Of a DNA stretch of 51,838 nt, positions 45,232 to 51,838 are shown in pieces (position 1 is the stretch's first letter; the number at the start of each line of letters is the position of its first letter). Under the pieces are notes generated by a model. It saw only the letters and a program-made list of their open reading frames with translations, had not been told where the DNA came from and did no database searches. The stretch lies in the sequence record MW584195.1. The stretch is one strand, 5' to 3'. Origin of the DNA: Mycobacterium phage prophiGD51-2. A program made the position numbers and the translations under genes.

Positions 45232-45722
45232 TCGACGTCACCTCCGCTGCGGTTGCGGGCGATGTACGCCTCCGCGTCCGTGACCGTGATCCGCCACGGC
45301 CGGCCGATCCGGGTCGCCGACAGCTCACCCGACGCGATCAGGTCGCGCACGACCTGCTCGGAGACCTGCCAGGCCTCGGCGACCTCGGCGACGGTGAGCA
45401 TGCGCGCGAGCTGATCGCGACTCATGTAGCTGTCGGACGCCGCGCGGTCCTCGATCTGCGGCCACAGCTCCTCGACCAGTTCGCGCAGCTTGACGTAGCG
45501 GTCGCCGTCGATCGCCGAGACTGCCATCGCGGTGACAGGGTCGCGGCGCTCAGCGGTCTCGGCATCGACCGCGCTCTGCCCCTGCACCTGCGAGCGGTAC
45601 CGCATCCGGGCCAGGGTGCGGGCGACCACCGCGTCGGTGACGGTGAAGTCGACGACCTCGGCGCGGAGCGCCCTAGCGGCAGCGTTACCGACCTCGATCA
45701 GGCCGTAGCTCGGCGCGGTCAT
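45228..45722 (-). CDS. Protein with C-terminal excisionase/MerR-like HTH (Xis/regulator candidate)
   Basis: The C-terminus is 'LTVAEVAEAWQVSEQVVRDLIASGELSATRIGRPWRI'. ATGA overlap with the upstream gene. Confidence 0.6.
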   Translation of the reverse strand: MTAPSYGLIEVGNAAARALRAEVVDFTVTDAVVARTLARMRYRSQVQGQSAVDAETAERRDPVTAMAVSAIDGDRYVKLRELVEELWPQIEDRAASDSYMSRDQLARMLTVAEVAEAWQVSEQVVRDLIASGELSATRIGRPWRITVTDAEAYIARNRSGGDVE

Positions 45723-46084
45723 GCGGCCACCACCGGAGCCTCGGCGCGGGCCAGCTCACCGGCGCGCAGCGTGACCTCGTCCCACCGCAGGGAGACCGCC
45801 TCACGGAGGTAGCCGGCGGTGAACAGGTAGCTGTCGCCGTCGCACTCGGCGGCGGAGAGCTCCCGCAGCGCGAAGCGCAGGACAGGGTCGGCGCGGAGCT
45901 GGTCGACCTCGCGCTGCAGGCCCGCGGCAGTGAGGTAGCGCACCTTGGCCTCGTGGGCGACGACCACGGCCTCGGCGGCGGTCAGCTGGCAGCGCTGGCA
46001 GCAGTTGCGGTCATCAAGCAGCTCGATCGCGGCGGCGGCGCAGCGACGGGCGTGGGCGCGGAAGTGCTTGTTCTTGACGGACAT
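45719..46084 (-). CDS. Hypothetical Cys-containing protein
   Basis: ATG follows the purine-rich GAGAGAAAAGAGAACCC. Contains 'RRCAAAA...NCCQRCQ'. Confidence 0.5.
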   Translation of the reverse strand: MSVKNKHFRAHARRCAAAAIELLDDRNCCQRCQLTAAEAVVVAHEAKVRYLTAAGLQREVDQLRADPVLRFALRELSAAECDGDSYLFTAGYLREAVSLRWDEVTLRAGELARAEAPVVAA

Positions 46085-46099
46085 GGGTTCTCTTTTCTC

Positions 46100-46501
46100 T
46101 CAGTGGGTCTGGGGGACGGGGACGGGGAGACAGGGGCGCGCGGCCCGCTCAGCGAGACGGTCGAGCTCGGCGCGGACCAGCGGCCACTTCTTCTGCAGGG
46201 TGAAGAGCAGCAGCCACCCGGAGATCGTCGGGGTCTCACTGGCCGCGGCGGTGAGCCCCATGTGGCCATGGCCGTATCCGTAGGCGAAGTCGTGGAACGC
46301 GTCGGCGGTCGGGCGGTTCAGGCCGAGCTGGTCGGCACGGTCGAGGTCGTCCGCGTACGCGGTGACCAGCACCTGCGCGGCCTCGGGGATCGGGTACGCG
46401 CCTGGGACCGAGACGGCCTCGACGGCGAGCTGGGCGCGGACCGAGCCGGTGTCGATGATCACCTGGCGGGGGTCACGGAAGCGGTTGGCGTGGGTGGTCA
46501 C
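46100..46501 (-). CDS. Hypothetical protein
   Basis: A GTG at 46501 directly follows GAGAGGAACCACC, the same motif and spacing as the next gene. The listed ORF's ATG at 46516 lies inside that motif. Confidence 0.5.
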   Translation of the reverse strand: MTTHANRFRDPRQVIIDTGSVRAQLAVEAVSVPGAYPIPEAAQVLVTAYADDLDRADQLGLNRPTADAFHDFAYGYGHGHMGLTAAASETPTISGWLLLFTLQKKWPLVRAELDRLAERAARPCLPVPVPQTH

Positions 46502-46584
46502 GGTGGTTCCTCTCATGTGGGCCGGGTTGATCCGGCCGACGCGGCGGGTGGCCTCCGGGGAGACCAGCCACCGTGCCGGCCGGA

Positions 46585-47025
46585 TCAGGCGGCAGCGGTC
46601 TCGGCGGGGGCGAGGGTCAGGCGCGCATCCTTGAGCAGATACTCGACGAGGACGTCCTGCGTGACGGTGGGCGGGAGGGTGACGTTGAGCTGCGACGCCC
46701 GACCGTTGTGCTGCACCGTCCGCTCCACACCGACGAGCGCCCAGTCACGCGACCGACGGATCAGGGTGACCTCGGTGGCCTTCACCGACCGCCCGCCGTT
46801 GTAGGACTTAGCCCAGGGGCCGGCGGGGAGGTACGTGACGACGGTGCCGGTCCAGAGCGCCTTCGGCAGCGGAGCGAGCCGCTTCTCGGCACGCTCCGCG
46901 ATGTCGGCGAGATCCTCGGGTGCGACGCAGAACGCCGTCGCGCGCCCCTCAGCGGCGTAGACCGCCTCGCGGAGTCGGTCCAGGTTCTCCTGGGTGACGG
47001 GGATGGGCTTGAAGGTGGTGGTCAT
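46585..47025 (-). CDS. Hypothetical protein
   Basis: The ATG at 47025 directly follows GAGAGGAACCACC. Confidence 0.55.
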   Translation of the reverse strand: MTTTFKPIPVTQENLDRLREAVYAAEGRATAFCVAPEDLADIAERAEKRLAPLPKALWTGTVVTYLPAGPWAKSYNGGRSVKATEVTLIRRSRDWALVGVERTVQHNGRASQLNVTLPPTVTQDVLVEYLLKDARLTLAPAETAAA

Positions 47026-47181
47026 GGTGGTTCCTCTCGTTGAACGGGTACTGCTTGTTTGCTGTGATTCCACACTATCGTGGGCGAACCACGTCTAGCC
47101 AGGTCTAACGCGAATGTTTAAGGTGATTCTAAGTTTGCTGGGCGGTATGTCCGATTCGATCCCACGGTGTGGGACGAATGG

Positions 47182-47922
47182 CTACCCGGCGAGCGCCGCG
47201 AGCATCTCGCCGGCATTCCAGAGCGGTCGCCCGCGGGCATCCACCGAGCGGAACGGGATGCGCCTGCCCAGGTTCCGCACCCGCTTCGCCGAGCACGTGA
47301 CCCCGAGGCGGGCCTCAGCGATCACGGCGAGCTCGGCCGCGGTGAGCAGCTGATCCGCGAGGATCGTGTCGAGGCGCCCGTCCCTGTCCTCGCGGCGGAT
47401 CACCGCCGAGCAGACCGAGCACGCCACCTCGTCCTCGTCGGCGAACGCCCACAGCTCGGTGGCGCAGACCCCGCAGCTGCCGAAGAACGACCGGAACCGG
47501 GGCCGGTCCACCGCCTTCACCGCGCGGTCCACCGCGTCGACGAGCTCGTCGTACGCCTCCTCGGCGTCGGCGAGCATCGCCAAGGCGATGATCTGCGCAG
47601 GCTCGCCGAGCCACCGGGCGACACCCGCGACGTCACGTGACGGAACCGGAGGCTCCCCTCGGCGGGGGCGGATCTCCGCCGCCCACACCCGCAGTGCGAG
47701 CCGCAGGTCGTCGCGGACCTCGGCGGCGTGCGCGGCATACGGCAGCGGGGTCTCCTCCGTTGCCTTGCGGCGATGACCGCCACCGTCGCTGCGGGGAGCC
47801 GCCGCGGTCTGCCTGGTGATCGTCTCCTCCAGCGACTCGGCGAGCCAGTCGGCAACGGTGCGGAGCCGCGAGGCCAACAGCTTCTGCTGCGGGCGGTCGA
47901 TGTTGAACTGGTCCTCGGTCAC
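47182..47922 (-). CDS. Hypothetical protein with CxxC...CxxC zinc-ribbon and a C-terminal HTH-like segment
   Basis: The GTG at 47922 overlaps the upstream stop (GTGA). Contains 'SCGVCATELWAFADEDEVACSVCSAV'. The listed ORF's N-terminal 73 codons are junk. Confidence 0.5.
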   Translation of the reverse strand: MTEDQFNIDRPQQKLLASRLRTVADWLAESLEETITRQTAAAPRSDGGGHRRKATEETPLPYAAHAAEVRDDLRLALRVWAAEIRPRRGEPPVPSRDVAGVARWLGEPAQIIALAMLADAEEAYDELVDAVDRAVKAVDRPRFRSFFGSCGVCATELWAFADEDEVACSVCSAVIRREDRDGRLDTILADQLLTAAELAVIAEARLGVTCSAKRVRNLGRRIPFRSVDARGRPLWNAGEMLAALAG

Positions 47923-48176
47923 GCGCGCACCGCCACGAGGTTTCGGCGGTCGCCGCCGGTGCGCTCGCCGGGATCCTCGCTGATCGCGATCAGCAGGGCA
48001 CGCCAGCCGACGTCGATCCGGGCCTCCCGTTCCTCGTCGCTCAACTCGACCGGCGGTGCGGGCAGCCATCCGCGCTGTCGAGCCGTGTCGTAGCACGGCC
48101 TGCAGAGGCCGTGCCCCTTGCGCGGCTGGTGCTGCCTGCACCGGAGGCAGGCGGGGTGAAGGTTGGTGACGGTCAT
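47919..48176 (-). CDS. Small Cys4 zinc-ribbon protein (paralogous to the N-terminus of 49149..49517)
   Basis: 'CLRCRQHQPRKGHGLCRPCY' parallels 'CVRCSRSRSIYGRGLCRPCY' in the other gene. The ATG overlaps the rusA stop (ATGA). Confidence 0.6.
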   Translation of the reverse strand: MTVTNLHPACLRCRQHQPRKGHGLCRPCYDTARQRGWLPAPPVELSDEEREARIDVGWRALLIAISEDPGERTGGDRRNLVAVRA

Positions 48177-48580
48177 GCTGCTGCGGCCTCCTCGGCGTTG
48201 GGTTCGGGATCGGCGAGGGGGATCACCCAGACCTCGCTGCGGGGGTTCGGGTCGCCGCGGTGCACCTCGGCGGCGATCTTCTCGACCTGCGCGTCGTCGA
48301 CGTACGCGACGCCGTTCAGTGCGTCGCTCACGAGCTTGAGCAAGTTGTCGAGATCCTTCCGGCGGCGCGTCTCGCAGTAGAACCGCGCGAGCAGCATCAC
48401 CGGCACGTCGAGCGGCGGACCCGGCACCGCGGCCTTGCGGTACGCGGCGGCGACCGCCTTCTCGGCAGCGACCATCTTCGGGTCGGAGTACGTCACGATC
48501 CGACCGTTGCGCCGGCCGACGCGGTGGCGCGCCTTGCTTACGGGCTCGCCGGGGACGACAAACTTCTGCATCACGATCAT
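48173..48580 (-). CDS. rusA: RusA-family Holliday junction resolvase
   Basis: Contains 'VSKARHR...KDLDNLLKLVSDALNGVAYVDDAQV'. ATGA overlap with the upstream gene. The listed ORF 48173..49189 is a junk N-terminal extension. Confidence 0.75.
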   Translation of the reverse strand: MIVMQKFVVPGEPVSKARHRVGRRNGRIVTYSDPKMVAAEKAVAAAYRKAAVPGPPLDVPVMLLARFYCETRRRKDLDNLLKLVSDALNGVAYVDDAQVEKIAAEVHRGDPNPRSEVWVIPLADPEPNAEEAAAA

Positions 48581-48819
48581 CGGTTCACCGCCTCGGTGTG
48601 CGCCTTCTCGTACTCGTCGTCGCCGAGGTACGCGAGCCTGCAGCCACGCCCGCGGTTCGGGTCGTGGAAGTCGACGCCGTGCACCACGGTCCCGATGCCC
48701 GGCTCGAAGGTGAACGTCATCCCTGTCGTCTTCGGGGCGCCCGCGTCGTCGAGGCGGTCGGCGAGGTACCGCAGGCGCTTCGCCACCGCGCGGCGGAGGT
48801 GTGTAGTGAGGTTCTGCAT
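48577..48819 (-). CDS. Hypothetical protein (80 aa)
   Basis: The ATG at 48819 lies 13 nt after GAAGG. Confidence 0.45.
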   Translation of the reverse strand: MQNLTTHLRRAVAKRLRYLADRLDDAGAPKTTGMTFTFEPGIGTVVHGVDFHDPNRGRGCRLAYLGDDEYEKAHTEAVNR

Positions 48820-48903
48820 CGTGTCGTGACCTTCGGCTCGTCGTGACGGGGGTTGGTGCCGGCCCGCGGCGGGGGCGATCACCGCCGCGGACCGGGGATC
48901 GGG

Positions 48904-49152
48904 TTACGCGGCGGGGTCGCTCAGGGTCTCGGCGTAGGCGCGGATCCGCTCGATTCGGAACCCGCCCCACAACTCGCCGGTCGGCGTCTCGACCACGGGA
49001 GCGGTCGCGTAGCCGAGCTCCCGGAGCCGTTCCCGAGCGTGGCCGGCGACGTCGAGGCGCACCTCGCGGTACGGGATCTGATGCGCCACGAGCTGCTTCT
49101 TGGTCATCTGGCACTGCGCGCACGCGGGGAGGGTGTAGACGGTGACGGTCAC
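48904..49152 (-). CDS. nrdH: NrdH-like glutaredoxin (CxxC redoxin)
   Basis: Contains 'VYTLPACAQCQMTKKQLVAHQIPYREV...WGGFRIERI'. The GTG at 49152 overlaps the upstream stop (GTGA). Confidence 0.7.
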   Translation of the reverse strand: MTVTVYTLPACAQCQMTKKQLVAHQIPYREVRLDVAGHARERLRELGYATAPVVETPTGELWGGFRIERIRAYAETLSDPAA

Positions 49153-49517
49153 GCCGCCACCGCCTCGGTGCGCGAGTCGAGCTGCGCAAGGTACCGGCGC
49201 ATGAGACGGCTGCCGTTCGCGCGGAGCACCTCCTCGACCCGGGCCATGTCGATCAGGCCGTCGCGGTGGAGCTCCAGCACCCCGGCCACGTCGTCCGGGT
49301 GAGTGATCCTCTCGGTGATCCGGTGGCCCCACCGCACGTGGTCGAGGACGACCCAGTCAGCCTCGGCGGGGTTACCGATCATCGGCGCGGCGTGGGGGCG
49401 CCGGTAGGCGTGGAGCGTTCCTGCCGCGTAGCAGGTGGAGTAACAGGGGCGGCACAGGCCGCGCCCATAGATGGAGCGCGACCGAGAGCAGCGGACGCAG
49501 GTGCGGGTGGTTCCCAT
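49149..49517 (-). CDS. Zinc-ribbon protein (Cys4 N-terminus paralogous to 47919..48176)
   Basis: The ATG follows GAGAGGAACCACACC. The N-terminus is 'CVRCSRSRSIYGRGLCRPCYSTCY'. Confidence 0.6.
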   Translation of the reverse strand: MGTTRTCVRCSRSRSIYGRGLCRPCYSTCYAAGTLHAYRRPHAAPMIGNPAEADWVVLDHVRWGHRITERITHPDDVAGVLELHRDGLIDMARVEEVLRANGSRLMRRYLAQLDSRTEAVAA

Positions 49518-49544
49518 GGTGTGGTTCCTCTCGGAGGCCGCGGG

Positions 49545-49796
49545 TCAGGCGGCAGTGGGCTTGCTGGTGTACCGACGGTCGAGCCACGCCGCGAGGTCGC
49601 TCTCTCGCACGAGGCGCTTGCGGCCGATCCGGACAGTGGGGATCGGATCCTCGGTCTGGTCGGCGTCGGTCAGCGTGTAGACGGTTCGGATGCTCTGATG
49701 GATCGCGCCGGCCACCTCGTCGAAGGCGAAGAGCCGGTCGGCGAGCGCGAGCACCGGGGGCGAGTTCGTGTTGCGCGGGGCAGGTGTCGTATGCAT
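49545..49796 (-). CDS. Cro/Xis-like small HTH protein, first gene of the leftward early operon, divergent from the repressor
   Basis: Contains 'VRIGRKRLVRESDLAAWLD' (HTH_17/AlpA-like). The ATG at 49796 has no SD and may be leaderless. It overlaps an inverted repeat. Confidence 0.6.
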   Translation of the reverse strand: MHTTPAPRNTNSPPVLALADRLFAFDEVAGAIHQSIRTVYTLTDADQTEDPIPTVRIGRKRLVRESDLAAWLDRRYTSKPTAA

Positions 49797-49842
49797 GACG
49801 CATACGCTACCGGACGTAATGCGGATGCGCAATGCATCCGCA
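49789..49842. promoter_or_regulatory. Two inverted repeats with shared core ATGC-N5-GCAT (operator candidates) in the repressor/cro-like divergent region
   Basis: IR2 is GTATGC-ATGAC-GCATAC (49789..49805). IR1 is TGCGGATGC-GCAAT-GCATCCGCA (49820..49842). Confidence 0.6.
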
Positions 49843-49890
49843 CACAGCGAGGTGCAGCGCATTGCGGCGATGTGCAGTATGCTGCCGGTT

Positions 49891-50421
49891 ATGACTAGAC
49901 CAGTTACAGCCCACGGACCCGGATCCGTCGCCGTTGCCTACAACGTCCGCCGCCGTCGCAATGAGCTGGACATGAGCGGCACCGAACTGCGAGACCGACT
50001 GTCCGCCTTCGGATTAAACGTTCACCGCAGCTGGGTGTCAGAGGTGGAGAACCGCAAGCGAACCGTCGACGTCGACGAGCTTCTCGTGCTCGCGGCGGCG
50101 CTTACCGTCAGCCCGTCCACATTGCTGATGCCCCGGGCGGTCACGCCGGAGGACGTCGTGCCGACGGTGAGCGGCCCGCGCGACGCGCGGGACGTCTGGG
50201 ATTGGATAGCGGCCGAGCGCTCGCTCGGGAGCAGTTGGCTTGACGCCGACGACGAGGCGGAACGGCGCCGGTACCGCGCGGTGGCGCGCCCACCGTGGGT
50301 GGCATTCGCCGAGTCAGCGGTTGAGCACGGCGCCGCCGTGCAGGTCTCCCGCGACGTCCCCACGGATGAAGAGGTACCCGCCGAGGTACTGGAAGAAGAT
50401 CGCGCGGAGGCCAAACGATGA
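49891..50421 (+). CDS. Prophage repressor (XRE-family HTH)
   Basis: The HTH is 'MSGTELRDRLSAFGLNVHRSWVSEVENRKR'. The ATG at 49891 has no SD, which suggests a leaderless transcript. The gene ends in ATGA overlap with the integrase start. Confidence 0.65.
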   Translation: MTRPVTAHGPGSVAVAYNVRRRRNELDMSGTELRDRLSAFGLNVHRSWVSEVENRKRTVDVDELLVLAAALTVSPSTLLMPRAVTPEDVVPTVSGPRDARDVWDWIAAERSLGSSWLDADDEAERRRYRAVARPPWVAFAESAVEHGAAVQVSRDVPTDEEVPAEVLEEDRAEAKR

Positions 50422-51623
50422 CCGAGCAGAAGCGCACGCGGCGCAGCAACGGGGAAGCCAGCTACCGGAAGCGCTCCGACGGCCGGTGGGAGGGCCGGAT
50501 CCGGATCGTTGATGATCGCGGCGAGGTGCACCGGCCGAGCGCCTACGGCAAGACCAAGGCTCTGGCTAAGGCCGCGTTGGAGGAGAAGATCAGCCGCATC
50601 CGTGAGGGCGTCGCCGTCGTCGACTCCCGCAGCACAGTGGCCGAGGTCGCGCGCCGCTGGTGTGAGGTGACGCTGCAGGCGAGCCCGCGGAAGCGGGCCA
50701 CGAAGGAGCTGTACGACGCGCGCAGCCGTCTGCACATCGAGACCGGGCACCTCGCTGCGATCCCGCTGAACCGGCTCACGGCCGTGCACGTCGAGGAATG
50801 GATTCTGGCGGAGCGCGCGGGCGGTACCGCGCCGAGCAGCCAGCGCACGGACTACGCGGTGCTGCGCGCCGTCCTCGACGGCGCGGTCCGGGACAAGTTG
50901 GTCGCGCGGAACGTCTGCGAGACGGTCAAGCGCCCGCATGTGCCGAAGCGCGAGGCCGTTCACCTCGACCCGGCGCAGGTTGCTGCATTGCTCGCCGCGA
51001 CCGCCGGAAGCAGCCACGCGCTACCCATCCGCCTCTACGCACGGACCGGTGCACGCCGCGGCGAGGTGTTGGCGCTGCGGTGGAAGGATGTCGACCTCGT
51101 GAACGGCACCGTCACCGTCGCCGGGACCATGTCCGGGAGCGGGAAGAAGTTGCGCCGGGAGCCCGAGGCGAAGAGCAGCTCGGCGCACCGGCCGCTGCCG
51201 ATCGGGGCCGACCTTGTGGAGGAGCTGCGGACGTGGCGGAAGCGTCAGCAGCAGCACCGCGCCGCCGCGATGCAGCTGTGGGAGGACGTCGAGGGCTTGG
51301 TCTTCACGACTGAGTTCGGCCGGCCGCTCGATCCTCGGAACGTCCTCCGCACGGTGCAGACCGCCGCGCAGAGGTTGGGGCTCCCGAAGGAAACCGGGGT
51401 GCACACGCTCCGGCACAGCGCGGCCACCGCGCTGCTCGAAGGCGGGGCGCACCTGAAGCTCGTCTCGTCGATCCTCGGCCACTCGGACACGAGCATTACC
51501 GCCAACATCTACGGGCACGCGACGGACTCGGCGGCGCGTGCCGCCCTCGACGCGCTCGCTGTCACGCAGGCCGCGAAGCCGGCGGAGCCGGAGGACGGTC
51601 GGCACCTGCGCGCGGTTCCGTGA
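50418..51623 (+). CDS. int: Tyrosine integrase
   Basis: The catalytic residues are in conserved context: R in 'ARRGEVLAL', H-x-x-R in 'HTLRHSAAT', H in 'ILGHSD', and Y in 'ANIYGH'. It lies adjacent to attR. Confidence 0.9.
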   Translation: MTEQKRTRRSNGEASYRKRSDGRWEGRIRIVDDRGEVHRPSAYGKTKALAKAALEEKISRIREGVAVVDSRSTVAEVARRWCEVTLQASPRKRATKELYDARSRLHIETGHLAAIPLNRLTAVHVEEWILAERAGGTAPSSQRTDYAVLRAVLDGAVRDKLVARNVCETVKRPHVPKREAVHLDPAQVAALLAATAGSSHALPIRLYARTGARRGEVLALRWKDVDLVNGTVTVAGTMSGSGKKLRREPEAKSSSAHRPLPIGADLVEELRTWRKRQQQHRAAAMQLWEDVEGLVFTTEFGRPLDPRNVLRTVQTAAQRLGLPKETGVHTLRHSAATALLEGGAHLKLVSSILGHSDTSITANIYGHATDSAARAALDALAVTQAAKPAEPEDGRHLRAVP

Positions 51624-51666
51624 ACCGGTGCGGGGGACCGGAACCCCGCGGAGTGGGGTCACGGAA

Positions 51667-51690
51667 TCTGACCCCATTTCTGACCCCAAT
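51667..51690 (+). repeat. Two tandem copies of TCTGACCCCA(A)T between int and attR (arm-type sites, P arm)
   Basis: The copies are at 51667..51677 and 51679..51690. A third partial TCTGACCAG sits at ~51711. The same motif occurs at 114..137. Confidence 0.6.
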
Positions 51691-51795
51691 TGGACTCGGA
51701 AACGGTAGGTCTCTGACCAGCTGCGTCATGCATACGCGCAGGTCAGTTGCGGTGAGGTGCACCCGCTGGCAGTGGGGTGCACCTGGTGCCCATTG

Positions 51796-51838
51796 CTGGG
51801 GGTCAAGTGGTCGCAGGTTCAAATCCTGTCAGCCCGAC
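51796..51838 (+). repeat. attR core: exact 43-nt repeat of window positions 1..43 (tRNA 3' fragment)
   Basis: It is identical to the window start. Identity may extend beyond the window edges. Confidence 0.85.

Larger units (their letters stand above)
1..51838. mobile_element. Complete integrated temperate phage (prophage) bounded by tRNA-derived direct repeats
   Basis: An identical 43-nt sequence sits at both window ends. A tyrosine integrase and a repressor lie next to the right repeat. The interior holds a full terminase/portal/capsid/tail/lysis gene set. Confidence 0.9.

Noticed and set aside
48173-49189. Listed 338-aa version of the rusA ORF
   Set aside because: Only the C-terminal 135 aa carry RusA motifs. 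The remainder overlaps nrdH and a hypothetical gene in other frames.

Overview
This GC-rich window is one complete temperate siphovirus-type prophage of a high-GC Actinobacterium, integrated into the 3' end of a tRNA gene. The same 43-nt tRNA 3' segment sits at 1..43 (attL) and 51796..51838 (attR), and a tyrosine integrase lies just inside attR.

Gene order, left to right:
- Accessory leftward operon (209..4712, minus strand): two membrane/secreted proteins, an HTH protein and a TM-less FtsK/SpoIIIE-family ATPase.
- Divergent pair (4981..6038): an Xis-like HTH protein and a polytopic membrane protein.
- Rightward early/replication block (6288..11372): a Cro/C1-type HTH protein, an HTH-P-loop fusion, and two PrimPol-domain genes, one short and one about 1000 aa.
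- An 8-mer iteron cluster flanking a sharply AT-rich island (11455..11758), a candidate replication origin.
- A reverse-strand moron (11865..15208) encoding a BcgI-like type IIB restriction-modification pair, an S subunit translationally coupled to an RM subunit.
- Structural module (16080..40546): HNH endonuclease, P27-family small terminase, large terminase, portal, MuF-like protein, scaffold, decoration-like protein, HK97-like major capsid, connector proteins, major tail protein, G/G-T chaperones with a -1 frameshift, a tape measure with an embedded NlpC/P60 motif, and about eight minor tail proteins, including collagen-like, Gly-rich and a 19-aa x7 repeat protein.
- Lysis cassette (40548..44592): a GH19 lysin and an NlpC/P60 lysin sharing a C-terminal domain, an orphan beta-class DNA methyltransferase where a LysB would normally sit, and three membrane proteins.
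- Leftward early operon (44660..49796, minus strand): a Cro/Xis-like gene, Zn-ribbon paralogs, NrdH, RusA, two tandem small paralogs and others.
- Immunity region: two ATGC-N5-GCAT inverted repeats, then a repressor and integrase with overlapping stop/start.

All start sites were chosen by hand from ORF arithmetic and RBS context, and all functions are motif-level calls. No database search was possible.
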